Positions 1 to 12,803 of a stretch of 64,000 nucleotides of DNA are shown here, one piece after another (position 1 is the first letter of the stretch; each line of letters starts with the position of its first letter). This stretch comes from Carcharhinus longimanus (taxonomy: Eukaryota). Position numbers and translations under genes: made by a program. The notes beneath the pieces were generated by a model that was given only the letters and a program-made list of their open reading frames with translations, was not told the origin of the DNA and did not search any database. The stretch lies in NCBI GenBank assembly GCA_030264375.1, contig JASCQW010000128.1, forward strand, positions 31,593,003-31,657,002, read 5' to 3'.

Positions 1-345
1 ATCTACTTGATTCCCAACTTTCAGGGATCTATGTACACATACACCTAGATCCCTCTGTTCATCAACACTATTCAGAATCCTACCGTTAGCCCTATACTCT
101 ACACATCTGTTATTCCTGCCAAAGTGAATTACCTCACTCATATCTTCCTGCAATTTTTAATTTCCTTCCTCCCAATCAGCCACACAGTCCCTTGCAAACA
201 TATTAATCATGCCCTTACATTTAAGATCAAATCATTAATATATACCACAAAAAGCAAATGTCCTAGTGCTGAGCCCTGTGGAACCACACTGGGAACAGCC
301 TTACAGTTGCAAAAACATCTGTCAGCCAATACCCTTGTTCCCTGC
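1..345 (-). mobile_element. CR1 LINE ORF2 fragment
   Basis: Reverse complement contains gtggttccacagggctcagcactaggac...atatattaatgatttgat (GVPQGSVLGP...YINDL) and the DLG motif. Confidence 0.7.
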
Positions 346-545
346 CATTGAGCCAAATCTGGGAACTGAATATCCAAGGGTGTTTGCTATTTAGGAAGGA
401 CAGGCAAAAGGGAAAAGGAGGTAGGATAGTGCACTAATTTCATCCTTAACTAACAACACCACCCTCCCTCCTTTTCCCTTTTGCCTGTCCTTCCTAAATA
501 GCAAACACCCTTGGATGTTCAATTCCCAGATTTGGCTCAGTGGCA
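343..545. repeat. Inverted repeat, 79-bp arms (343-421 / 467-545), 45-nt spacer
   Basis: Manual alignment gives 76/79 identity. Confidence 0.95.
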
Positions 546-779
546 TAGAATGTGATAGAAGGGACAACTAGCAAAGAGCCATCCTCCTGACTTACTACCA
601 ATTCTATGTGCTTTAATTTTGCACACTGACCTATTGTGTGGGACTTTATCAAATCATAGAATCCCTACAATGCAGAAGGAGGCCGTTTGGCCCATCGAAT
701 CTGCACTGACCACAATTCCACCCAGGCCCTATTCCTGTAACCCCCTATGTTTACCCTGCAAATCCCCCGACACATGGAA

Positions 780-2070
780 TTAGCAGTTAGATACTGGAAT
801 AGATTGAGACTTGGTTATCAGGCAGGGAATGAGAGAGCAGGAATAAATGGGTAGTTTTTGAAGTGGCAGGAGGTGCTTGCTGGGGTCCCACAAGGATCGG
901 TGTTTGGGCCCCAGTCACAATATACATCAGTGATTTGGATGAGCAAACCAAATGAATATTTCCAAGTTTTCTAATGATACAAAACTTGGTGGAAATGACA
1001 GTAGTGAGGATGTTAAGAGGCTTCAGGATGATTTAAAGCGAGTGGGCAAATCATAACAGATGCAGTATAACTTCGGACAGTGAAACAGAATGGCAGAATA
1101 TTATTTAAAAGATGATAGATTGGGAAATGTTTGAAGTTGATTTATTGGTGTCACAAGTAGGCTAATATTAACACTAATGAAGTTATTGTGAAAATCCTCC
1201 AGCTGCCACACTCCGGCACCTGTTCTGGTACACGGAGGGAGAATTTAGCATGGCCAATGCACCTAACCAGTATGTCTTTCAGACTGTGGGAGGAAACTGG
1301 ATCACCTGGAAGAAACCCACACAGACACGGAAAGAACATGCAAACTCCGCACAGACATTGTCCCTAGCTGAGGATTGAACCCTGGTCCCATTGATGTACA
1401 AAGGGACCTGGGTGTCCTTGTATACCAGTTACTGAAAATAAGCATGCAGGTACGGCAAGCAATTAGGAAGACAAGTGGTATATTGGCCTTTATTGTAAGG
1501 AACTTGAATACAAGAGAAAGGATGTCATATTGCAGCTGTACAGGGCCTTGGTGAGATCACACCTGGAATATCGTGTGCAATTTTGGTCTCCTTATCTAAG
1601 AAAGCCATAGAGGGAGTGCAGCCAAGATTCATCAGGATGGTTCATGGGATGGCAGACTTATTGTATGAGTAGAGATTGGTTCGACTGGGCCTGTATTCAC
1701 TAGAGTTTAGAAGAATAAGAGGGGATATAAATATGTAATTCTGACAGGGTTGGACAGAGTGGATGCAGGGATGTTGCTCCCTCTGGCAGGGGGTGGGAGG
1801 GTTGTCTAGAACAAAGGTTCACAGTCTCAGAATTTGGGATAGGTACTTAAGACTGAAATAAGGAGAAACTTCTTCATTTAGAGGGTATGGAACATGTGGA
1901 ATTCTCTACCACAGAAGGCTGTGAAGACCAAGTAACTGAATATATTTAAGAAGAAAATAGATAAAGGGGTATGAGGAGAGTGAACAGTTATGGTGTTCAA
2001 GTAGAGGATTAAATGGTGGAGAGAACACGAAAGGCCAGATTTCTGCTCTTGCTCCTATTTCCTATGTCTT
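780..2070 (+). mobile_element. CR1 LINE 3' portion, interrupted by an HE1 SINE (1133-1389)
   Basis: ggggtcccacaaggatcggtgtttgggcc, gatacaaaacttggtgga, gacctgggtgtccttgta, cacctggaatatcgtgtgcaattttggtctcct, tggaattctctacc. Confidence 0.85.
1133..1389 (-). mobile_element. HE1-type V-SINE (variant tail)
   Basis: Reverse complement of the V-domain, with tail tttattggtgtcacaagtaggct. Confidence 0.85.
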
Positions 2071-2074
2071 CTGC

Positions 2075-2720
2075 AAGCTAATTTTGTATCCAGCTTGCTG
2101 CATTTTCCTGGGCTTTATGTTTTCTTAACCAGTATGCCATGTGGGACCTTGTTAAAGCCTTGCTGAAATCCATGTAGACCACATGAGTTGTATTACCCTC
2201 ATTAAACCTCCTTGTTACCTCCTCAAAAAATTCAATGAAGTTAATCTTTGCTTAATAAATCCATGCTGTTTGTCCTTGATTACTCTGCCACTCAAAGTGA
2301 CAGTTTATCCTGTCATTCTAATAATTTGCGTACGACCAAAGTTAGACTGACTGGTCCATAATTATTAGGTCTATCTCTCACTCTGTTTTTAGTCAAATGT
2401 ACAATGTTAGCAAACCTCTGGCACCAAAACTGCATCCAGAGAGGATAGGGAAATAATGGCCTGCTATTTCCTCCCTGACTTCTTTTAAAACTATGGGATA
2501 GATTTTATCCAACTCAGGTATTACTTTCAAGGATGCTAATTTCCTTTATACTTCTTCCCTCCCTCTGCTTATCACATTCAATATTTCATACTTCATCTTC
2601 TTAACAACAATGTCTGCATCAGCCCTCTCTTTCGTGAAGATAGACTCAAAGTATTCATTAAGAACAATTCCCATACCCACCTCTATACATTGGTTATCTT
2701 TTTGGTTTTTTTGGGGCCCT
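2075..2720 (-). mobile_element. CR1 LINE ORF2 fragment
   Basis: ORF track 2546..2770 (LNEYFESIFTKE). ccttgctgaaatccatgtagaccacat is the reverse complement of the VVYMDFSKA motif. Confidence 0.75.
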
Positions 2721-2749
2721 ACTCTTTTGTAAATTAAATTGAAAGAAGT

Positions 2750-4860
2750 ATCAGTATATTGCTGCATCACCTGAAAGGTGTGTTTAGACCTTGGATATTG
2801 AGAAGAGACAAGGTAAATGGATAAGTGTTACACCTGTGATTGCATGGGAGGATGTTGTGGGAAGGGGATAAGATGTTGGGGGTGAAAGAGCAGTGGACTA
2901 GGATGTTCTGGGGGAACGACCCTTTCAGAATGCTGACAGGGGATTGGAAGATGTATTTGGTAGTGGCATCTTTCTAGAGTTGGCAGAAATGAGGAGGATG
3001 TACATGGAGACTGGTGGGATGGAAAATGAGAATCAGGGAAACCCTATTATTCTCAGAGGGAGGGGACAGGGTGAGGGCAGAAGTATGTGAAATGTATCAG
3101 ACATGTTTGAGGGGCCTGTCGATCAAAGTGAGGGGGGAAATCCTTGTTCGAGGAAAAAGGAAGTTAGGTTGGAAACACCTTTGTGGAAGATAGCATCATC
3201 AGAATAGGTTCGAGGGAGATTAAGAAACTGGGAGAATGCAATAGAGTATTACAGAAAATAGTGTGTGCAGTCAAAATAGCAGTGGGAATCAGTGGGCATG
3301 TAATGAATATTAGTAGACAGTTTACCCCAGAAATGGAAACAGCAAAGTCAAAGAAGGGAAATGTTAATGTTGGACCATGTGCAGATGAGAACAAGTTGGA
3401 AATTGAAAGCAAATTTAGTAACTTTTTCCACTTCTGGATGACAGCAGGAGTAGCACCAGTGCATCATCAATGTCCTGGAGAAAGTTGCACAAAGGAATTT
3501 GATAAGACTAGAGCAAGGAACATTCTACATACTCTAAAAATACTGACACATCTAAGACCTAGACAGTTGCCATAGCCACACCTTTTACTTAGAGGAAGAA
3601 TAAATTATTCAATGAGAGAACAAGTTCAGCCTGGCGAAGGAGGGTGATGCTGGATAGGGACTATTCAGGCCTCTGTCCAAGAAGCAGAAAACTCTCAGAC
3701 TATTCTGCTGGGGGATAGAGGTGTGGAGGGATTAGACAGTCCATAGTGAAGAGAAGACAGTTATTACCAGGAATTTGGAAATTTTTGAAATAATGTTGGA
3801 GGTCATTAGAATCACAAAGTTAGGTGAGAAGAGACTGGAGAAGGAGAAGAAAAATAGGGTCAAGATAGGAAGAAATAATTTGAGTGAGTCAGGAACAGGC
3901 TGAAGTGATGGGTCTACCAGGACAGTTCTGTTTGTGGATTTTGGGAAGAAAGTAAAAGTTCATTTATTAGTGTCACAGGTAGGCTTACATTAACACTGCA
4001 ATGAAGTTACTGTGAGAATCCCCTGGTCGCCACACTTCGCCTGTTTGGGTATACTGAGGGAGAATTTAGCATGGCCAGTGCACCTAATCAGCATGTCCTT
4101 CAGACTGTGGGAGGAAACCAGAGCACCCGCAGGAAACCCACACAGGCATAGGGAAAACGTGCAAACTCCACACAGAGGGTGACCCAAGCCAGGAATCGAA
4201 CCCAGGTCCCTGGCGCTGTCAGGCATCAGGGCTAACCATTCTGCCACCGTGCCGCTGTTCAAGGCTGGGGGATTATAAAGTGGGCAGCTGTGGAGGAAAG
4301 ATCTGCAGAGGAGACATAGTCAGTGATTGTCCTGGGAACGTTGGCTTGATGTTCGGTGGTGGGTCATGGTCCATGGATGGTAGGAAGAAATGTCTGAGAG
4401 CTGGCACTCAGCCTCTTCAAGGCAGACGTCAGTAACCTGACACCAACAGCACGGCTCTTGTCAGCAGGTTTGATAGAGTCAGGATTAGACCTGAGAGAAC
4501 AGAACAGTAAATTCAAGAGACAGATTAGACTGCAGGAAGGGAGCAGTGAAATTAAGAAGGCCAATGTCTCAATGAAAAGATCACGAGCAAGTAAGGCTAG
4601 AGGAAGGGTGGGAGGGAACTTATAAGTGATAGGCGAAACCATCTATTGAGCCAAGGGAGGACTCCTGCCAAAGAAGAAGACGACACAGGTGAAAGTAATG
4701 GCAGAAGAATTCCATGTTGTACAAATCTAAGATTAATTGAGGTGCGAGTATTAGGGGATAAAACTGAGTCCTTTGCTGAACACAGATTTTTCAGAATTAG
4801 AGGGGGGAGGTCAGTGTATAGTGAATACACAACAAGAAGTAGAATTAGAGAAGAGATGCG
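2750..4860 (-). mobile_element. Decayed Penelope-like retroelement (RT / GIY-YIG region), interrupted by a SINE at ~3955-4255
   Basis: Minus-strand reading around 3560-3645 gives TLLRQAELVLSLNN...VKGVAMAT, the PLE RT motif (L.LNNF.F...Q..G.AMG). Boundaries are approximate. Confidence 0.7.
3955..4255 (-). mobile_element. HE1-type V-SINE (variant tail), full length
   Basis: A/B boxes at 4195-4250 (reverse complement), V-domain, same tail as 1133. Confidence 0.9.
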
Positions 4861-5039
4861 ATCAAAGGAAGGAGGAGGAATAATCCAAAGGGCTCAAGTA
4901 ACCATGATTTGCTGCGAGTTGGAACAGATGCAACTGAGTTTTAGATGACCTGAAATTTACGGGGAGTGCCAAATGGGAGGCTGACGAGGAGTGCATTGGA
5001 ATAGTCAAGTCTAGAGGTAACAACAATGTGAAGAAGAAT

Positions 5040-5295
5040 GAAGAACAAAGAAAATTACAGCACAGGAACAGGCCCTTCGGCCCTCCAAGCCTGCACCGAT
5101 CATGCTGTCCAACTGAACTAAAACCCTTTATCCTTCCGGGGACCATATCCCTCTATTCCCATCCTATTCGTGTATTTGTCAAGACATCCTTAAAAGTCAT
5201 CGTATCTGCATCCACTACCTCCCCCTGGCAGCAAGTTCCAGGCACCCACCACCCTCTGTGTAAAAAAACTTGCCTTGTACATTTCCTTTTAATCC
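5040..5295 (-). mobile_element. CR1 (HER1-like) 3' end fragment
   Basis: Reverse complement of the tail seen at 26100-26330 and 37655-37790. Confidence 0.8.
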
Positions 5296-5681
5296 TTGAA
5301 GGTTTCAGCAGCAATCTCCACACACTTTCAATAACCTGTCAGTGGCTACTAATGAGGTGCATTAGAGCAGCCCAGGTATGCCCAGCCTTTTTCCACCTTG
5401 GCATTTCATAATGATGACCCATTGGAAATGTGGCATCAATATAAGTGTTCAAATAATAGCTAGTTAGAGATAATATAAATGTAAGCCAATCTGTTTAAAT
5501 ATTGTGTATGGCATTGTGACAAACTTCACTTCCTTTGAATCACAATTTTGCATGTCAATATTTGACATTTGTCATGAACTCTGAATTTTACAAGACACCT
5601 ATGTTTTCAAATATATCTTTAACTCAAAGTAAAACAGAATTGCAGGTAAACGTAGTTGGAGACATGTCCGCATGATCCAGT

Positions 5682-6335
5682 TGCCATGACCAGAGAACTA
5701 AAATAGAAACCCATGAAAGTATTGGGTACCAATTTTAACACCTTTGCACAGTATCTTAGAGAAAAAAGGACAGCTGCTGTTTGAAATGCAAGGACAAAGA
5801 AACTACTGTTGTGGAAAAGTAGGAGAAATATTTTATGTTGACAATTATACAGGATACTTGTGAGAGTTCAATTTCTGTTGAAAAGGAAGGAAAGAGAATA
5901 AGGCTGTTGAAGGGGAGTTACCTAGGTGTGCCTTACTAGTGATAATTGGATCCGGAAAACTCAAATATGGAGTGGAACAGTTATCAAAGGACATTCTGGA
6001 AATTTCAACCCAGCATGGGGGAGAAAAGTGAACCTGCTGGAGATCTGAGAGTAACTGTGGGACAGTTCCTGCAATACTAGCTATTTGCCAGAAGTAGGGG
6101 GCACAGCAAAAGGATTTCATGAGACATATCTCAGTTGCATTGGTTAGTTAATGTGAAAATATCTTTTCTTTCATTTAATGTATGAGTGGCCTGTCAAAGA
6201 ACACTCATTTATGTTTATTTTGGTTTGTTAGAGTAAAAGTCTTAAAATATGAAATCATACTCTTGGGTTCTGTCAGTTGCTGGGAGGAATAATTTATCTT
6301 TCTTAAAATGATCGGTCTCTATGGGGATCGTAGCA
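5682..6335 (+). mobile_element. Possible solo LTR
   Basis: Begins tgccatgacc and ends gatcgtagca (imperfect inverted TG...CA termini), with an agtaaa signal in the 3' part. No TSD recognised. Confidence 0.4.
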
Positions 6336-6849
6336 TGTTGAAACTGTCTTGTCAACTACAGTGGCAGAAGCCTCCGTAACACACCAACATTTCCATCCCC
6401 TATCCCAGGCAAGGGGGAAACAATGACTGCACTATTTTCAGCCCACTAAGGTTTTCCCTTTAACAAGAGGAGGGGCAGTACAGTTAAACTAACAAGCAGG
6501 GTGCTGTGATGCCCTTCCTGGAAGTTTTTCAAAAAATATTAAAATTGCATAATTTCATATTTGATATTTTGTTGGGGTTTTCTTTCTCTTGAATACTGTT
6601 TCTATGTGATCTCCCATACTGCTGGTGTGACTTGAGCAGACGATGGACGAAAACTTGTTTCTCTAGGGTTTACGTTAATCTCCTGCATTGAGTGTAGCTG
6701 AGTGTGGGTTCACAGCTTCCCTCTAGCACATCTTCCAAAATGGCAATTCTTGTGAGCTTTGTTGTACTGAGATTATCCAATAATAGTCAAGAACATGAAT
6801 CCTACCCTAATTTACCTTGTCAGCCCATGGAAATTATAATTACCACCTC

Positions 6850-7590
6850 AATTAAAATCAGTAATGCCCAAGAGTAATTGAACCTTGCTCAACACTACCA
6901 AGGCTGCATGGCTGTAAGACCTCATTGTAACTATGGTCCAAACATGGACGAAAGAGCTGATTGTAGTTGTGAGGTGAGAGTATTTACTCTTGTCATCAAA
7001 GTAGCATTTTACCTAGCCTGGCATGAAGGAGCCCTGACAAATTGAAGTCATTGGAAATTGGCAGGTGGGGTAAACTCACTGTTGCTTGGAGTCACCTCTA
7101 CACCGAGGAAGACAGTTGTGGTTGTTGGAGGCCAATTGTGTAGCCTCAAGACATTGTTGCAGGAAGTCCTCCAGGTAATGTCTCAGACCCAATTATCTCC
7201 AGCTGCTTCAGAATTACCTTCCCTCTACCATTAGGTAATGTGTTTGCTGTGTTCAGTACCATTTTCAACTCCTTAGATACTGAAGCAATCTCTGCCCATG
7301 TGCAGGAAGACAACATTCAAGTTTGGGTCTGATAAGTGGCAAAACATTCGCTTTCTACAAGTGCCAAACAGTAACCTTTTCCAACAAGAGATCCAATCTG
7401 GCCATCTTCTCTTGAGTTCAGTGATATAACCGTCACTGAAAACCCCATCCTTAAGAACCGACAGGTTACCATTGACATGGACTGCAACAGTTTAGCAGAC
7501 AGCTCACCACTGTCTTTTCAAAAGCAATTAAGGATGTGTAATAAATGCTGGCATTGCTCACGATGCTCATGTTTCCTGAATGAATTAGAA
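6850..7590 (+). mobile_element. Old CR1/L2-group LINE 3' portion
   Basis: cttgtcatcaaagtagcattt (LDIK.AF), gagtc/ggaagtcctccaggtaatgtctcagaccca (GVPQGSVLGP-like), tail gcaattaaggatgtgtaataaatgctggc. Confidence 0.7.
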
Positions 7591-8914
7591 AACCCGTAGT
7601 ACATTTATGAACAGATACCAGTTCAGGAACTTTTGATTTAACTCTTAATGGTTAGTGGATCTTCTCAGGATTCTGCATTCATTTATAATTATTGCACTTT
7701 TCATAAGGAATCATTTGCNNNNNNNNNNNNNNNNNNNNNNNNNNNNNNNNNNNNNNNNNNNNNNNNNNNNNNNNNNNNNNNNNNNNNNNNNNNNATTATG
7801 CTTAGAGTATAAGAGCAAGGGAGTCATATTAAATGTATAGAAAACAGTAGTAGACTTAAAAGAAAACTAATTGATTCAATTAAATAAATTTTATTTATGC
7901 AAATTCAAGAGAGAAATTGCAACTCAGAATAACTAAAAACTTCTAAGGACAAAGTGAAATGTTTGAAAATGAGCTTTATTAGAAGGGTCTGCATTGTCTA
8001 CAAAGTGAAATACTGTAAACTTGTCTTTTGATGCTTAACCCCAAAAATTAACAGTAAGAACCTGATCTTAAGATATTCCCAAGATTGCAGGCTTTAACCT
8101 GCTTCAAACGAGCAAACCAAAAAGATGAATTCCAAAACTCAATTTCAACCTATTCAAACCAACTTACATCTTATAAGTAAGAAGGCACCACCAACTAGCC
8201 ATAAATGTTTGCATTGGCATGTGACCCATCCTTTTGCTATCTTTATTGATTCAGCTTGTTTGCCTCCTGTCTTGTTAAACCTGGCGTTTTCAGATTCAAA
8301 ACATAATGTTTCATTTTTGAGTCAAAAAAGCACAAATTTTCTCACCGTCGATTTAATCCAAGGGGAAGTGACTGAGAATTATACGGCCTGGTTTTACAAA
8401 TGTTTGCTCCTAACGATTTTATTTGCATTAAACTTGTGCCAATCCCTGGCCATAATGCCCCAATATGTTTCCAATGGGCAAGATTCCTCATTAAACACTG
8501 CATTCATGCATTCAACCCTGTAGAGTGTTGATTGCCTTTTTTTTTGCATGGAGTGAGTTTTCTCTGAACATTGAGGAGCCCCCACATAATGGAAATGCAA
8601 GGACTCTTCATGAAAAACAGTTTCAAAACAACATATTTCACAGGTTAAAGGCAGGCAACTTTTTCTTTGATATACCCAAATGATCTTAATACCTACATTC
8701 ACATATCTACCCTATTTGACCAAAATTGTTGTCCTCCCATCAATATCCAGAATTCATGGGTCGGGGACATTGTTATCAGATACTCAGACGTCCTCACTCT
8801 CCGTCCATAGAAGATCCTGTGTAGTCTGTATGATAGGACATGGCTAGCTACTGTTCACAACTACAAGGTCGAAAGACCATCAGCTATCTTTTACCACTGT
8901 GTGTAATTTTTTAA

Positions 8915-9260
8915 AATGTATTCGTGGGATATGGACATCACTGGCTGGCCAGCATTTATTGCCAATCCCTACTTGCCCTTGGAGGCCAGTTGAGAGTCAA
9001 CCACATTGCTGTGGTTCTGGAGTCACATGTAGGCCAGACCGGGTAAGGACAGCAGATTTCCTTCCCAAAGAAAAGGGAACCAAAAGGATTTTTCTGACAA
9101 TTGGCTCATGGTCAACAGTAGATTCTTAATTCCAGTTTTTTTTTATTGAATTCAAATTCCACCATCTGCCACGGCAGGATTCGAACCTGCGGCCCCAGGA
9201 CATTATCTGAGTTTCTGGATTAATAATCTAGCGATTATACCATTAGGCCATTGCTTCCCC
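8915..9260 (-). mobile_element. tRNA-derived SINE of a second family, sharing its tail with the LINE at 6850-7590
   Basis: B box reverse complement ggattcgaacc at ~9177-9187. Tail gccagcatttattgccaatccctacttgccctt. A partial plus-strand copy lies at ~32280-32570. Confidence 0.7.
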
Positions 9261-9653
9261 ATCATTCAAGAATGATTTTTGGAAGAATGTAAAGGTAAAA
9301 TCTTGAGCACTAGGAAATACATGTAGAATAGGTAGTTCTATGATAGAATACACTATCAGGATCTCCCAATGTAATCATCTTCAGCTATTTTGTTTTACAC
9401 TTAGCATTTGAACCTGTAATTCATATGGACAATTAATGGACAGGCATTAAATCTTAAAGCACATATGGACAAAATCTGAGGTGCAGCCCACCTCCATGTT
9501 AACTGCTCCACTTTGCCCATTGAATATCACATTAGATTCTTTCTGATCTTCACTTTCCAGTGAACTACTATTACTATACCTTCCCCTCCTATTCCTAGTT
9601 CTAGGTACCCAATTGTCATGTTGATGAGAATTGGGAGAAATGCAAGACTAAAC

Positions 9654-9901
9654 TGTGATAACTCTCATGAGGTCCATGAAGAATTACTATTATTCTTGCT
9701 GTGGGACCCATTGAGTATGCGTTCCCCTGGTAACAGGCCAGGAACTCATTACCTACACCTTTTATAAGGCAGGCCCCAGACTATGTTGACTGAACTGCAG
9801 GCTCAGTCAGGGACTAGTAAGTGTACACCAAGGTAGTGGTTTCAATTTGCATTCTGCAATAAATTATATACTCCTCCTGTCAGGCTTCCTGAGTCGTTAC
9901 A
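9654..9901 (+). repeat. 5' LTR of the Gypsy element (TG...CA)
   Basis: tgtgataac...gagtcgttaca. Shares blocks with 15541-15780 (tccatg, tgagtatg, ttataagg, acacca..gtggttt, tttgcattctg.aat, ttaca). Confidence 0.85.
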
Positions 9902-9902
9902 T

Positions 9903-9914
9903 TGGTGATGAGGA
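9903..9914 (+). promoter_or_regulatory. Primer binding site, probably tRNA-Ser(GCT)
   Basis: tggtgatgagga immediately after the 5' LTR equals TGGCGACGAGGA after two CpG->TpG changes. That sequence is complementary to the 3' end of tRNA-Ser(GCT). Confidence 0.7.
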
Positions 9915-12006
9915 ACAAGAATTTTCTTTCAATGAACCCGGTAAAATCATGATAGGGAGATATTGAAAATTCTGCTGTTTGGGAAACTGGAATCTTATGA
10001 TGCAGGTATGAAAGATTGGCCCCAGTACTCTGAAAAAAATTAAATATTTCTTCGTGGCAAATGGGATAGAAGGGACAACTGGCAAAAAGCCAACCTCCTG
10101 ACTGCTTGTGGGGCTCCGATTTTCAGCATCATAAAACGTTTAACCTACCTGGCAGCCCTAGATTCAAAATCTTTTGACTAATTGATAAATGTGATATCAG
10201 ACCATTATGATTCTAAATATTGCAAAACTACAGGTTTAACACAGCAAATAGACCGCCTGGGGAACCAATCACTGAATTATTAATGAGATTGTGAAAATTG
10301 GGGGAACACTGAGTACAGGTCACTACTTCCAGAGATGTTAAGGGATCATTTAGTATGTAGAATTAATAACATTGCGACCCAAAGGAAGATACTGAATTAA
10401 CTCTGGACCTGAAGAAAGCCATAGAACTGGCTTTCCCATGAAAACGCAGAAAAAGGGGCCCAGGAGCTTCAGGGTATCATTCTCAGCCTTGGGTGACTCC
10501 CTTACCAAGTCCCCAGGGGATAACACTCATGTCTTCCATTTGCTGTAAGAAAGGGCGATTGGAGTTGGAGGCCATGAGATTCCAGATCCAGACGGGAATT
10601 CTCCCCATAATACAGTAAGGAGTGAACACATCCGCACTCCACTTGTCATCGTAGCGTCTGCCCTAGACAAAGCCACCAAAATAGGCAAAATAAGTACCAC
10701 CAAGGCCAAAGGGCATTTGTAAAGCCCTCAGAATAGGGCTTTACAAGTAGACCAACCTAAGAATGAGGAATTGATGCAGCTAAATTGCATTGCCTCACCC
10801 AAGGTGTCTCCAATCAAGACTAAAATCCATGTAAATGACCACCGCTGGACATGAAGGTAGACACACGAGCCGCTTTACCAGGTACTCAGAGAGTCGGTGC
10901 AGACTTAATGGGCTGAATGACCTTTTCTGTACTGTAGGAATTCCATTCCATTAATCTTGCCTCTAAGCCTGCACGTATCAAGGCTAGATTGGCCACATAC
11001 ACTGTGGAGCCCTTGCATATTGTTGGCACCACTGTAATCCCAGTTACACAGGGGCTACAGTCCAAATCTCCCTACCAGTGGTGCAAGAACCAGGGCCCAG
11101 CCTTTTGAGAAGTGACTGGCAACAGAAAATCTACCTGGATTGGCAACAGATCTTTAAAATGGCAATTTATACAATGCTTTTGGGAAGTATCCCAAAGTGT
11201 TCCAAGAAGCCTCAGGAAAATTAGGGGTGGTAGGGTCAAGATCCATGCGGACCCAGAGGCCGGACCTAAATACTTCAAAGCACAACCAGTTCCCTATGCC
11301 CTATATACCAATGGCTGAATTGGAATACCCAAAAGAACTTGGCATTACATACTCAGTATAATTTGCTGAGCAGGCTGTACCAGTAGTCCCAGTTTTAAAA
11401 CCTGGCAATTCAGTCCATTTCTTTGGGGATTATAAATTGATGATCAACAGAGCCTCCCATTTAGACAGATACTCTTTGCCATGCATAGAATATTGGTATG
11501 TAAAAACTGGCTGGGGGTCATGTTTTCTATATTAGACATGAGCCATACCTACCTTCACCTGGAGCTTGAGGTGTCATCCAGATAGTATGTCGTCATAAAT
11601 ACTCACAAAAGACTTTGAGTTTGCCCCTTGGAATGTCTTCATACTGCACCATTTATCAAAGGGTGATGGAGAATACCTTTCAAGGGGTGCCCAGAGTGGT
11701 ATTCTATCTGGATGACATTTTAATCTCGGCTACTACAGNNNNNNNNNNTGACTTTTTTCTGATGCTGGCATCTGATTTAAAAAGTGAAAAATGTGTGCTC
11801 CAGGTCTGCACTGTAGGAATTCTAGCTTGTAGGTAACATATCTTGCATTCCACTGGCCATGTGCACGCATAGTCCCATCACTCAGCCAGCTGTGTGCAGG
11901 CACGGTTCTCAGACCCCATCTTCATGCCAGCCATGCACAAGCGCTGTCCCCAGGTTCCATCACCCCACCAGCTGTGCACAGGCACAATTCGCAGGCCGAG
12001 GGCAAG

Positions 12007-12803
12007 ATGGTGGCCAGGCGGCAGCAGCAGGAGGAAGAGGACGATGACTACATGTTGGACACTTTTATCAATTTATAGCAAGATTCCAAACCAGGGCTGG
12101 TGATGGTCAGAAGAGTGAAAAAAGAAATCCTGAGGAAAGATCATGCACTGGAAATAATCCTGGAAAACAAGCAGAAGAGCAAAAAGGAAGAAGAGAAGAA
12201 AAGACATGAGACCATGTTACAGAGCTCATTGGGAAGTGAAAAAAAGGGATTTGTGTTACTTCAGAAAATGGGGTATAAGGAAGGTTGTGGTCTTGGAAAA
12301 AGTGGAAATGGAATGTCGAACCTATTCCACTACAGATCAAGATGGGACATGGTGGAATTGGCCATGAGGCTGCTGACAAATGGGAAGCTGATGAAACGAC
12401 GGAACAGCGCAAATGAATGTCACAAGTGAAAAAACGAGCAGGGGAATTAGCCCTTAATAAATATAGACTGCAGGTCAGACAAAAAAAAGGATCAACGTCA
12501 GATTGAAGGAGATCCAAGGAACAGCCAGCTTACCTGTCAACAGCTAAACACACAGAAGGGTGCAGCTGTCCCACAAGAAACATAGTATATGTTGTCCACT
12601 CCTGTTAAAAATGATGAACATAGGTGGAAGAAGAATCAAGCGAATGGGATTATAAAACAGTTGCCACAACTGAAGAAAAGCTGCTGAATTTGACCGGCTA
12701 TCGCAGAAGCAAATTCTTCTACTGTGTCTGGTGTGTGATTTCTTACCAAGGCGAGGACTTATCTGATAACTGTCCTGGGTATTTTGCTGCCAACCACGGC
12801 TGA
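12007..12803 (+). pseudogene. GPATCH11: Processed pseudogene of G-patch domain-containing protein 11 (CCDC75)
   Basis: Intronless. Reads EEEDDDYMLDTFIN, then G-patch KGFVLLQKMGYKEGCGLGKSGNG/VEPIPLQIKMGHGGIGHE, LKEIQ region, and C-terminal FYCVWC...EDLSDNCPG..AANHG*. Premature TAG at 12076-12078 and several frameshifts. Putative UTR-derived sequence extends about 11845-12006 and 12804-13116. Confidence 0.93.

Noticed and set aside
12100-12429. 109-aa G-patch ORF as a functional retrogene
   Set aside because: Upstream in-frame TAG (12076), a frameshift within the G-patch and further lesions downstream indicate a pseudogene.
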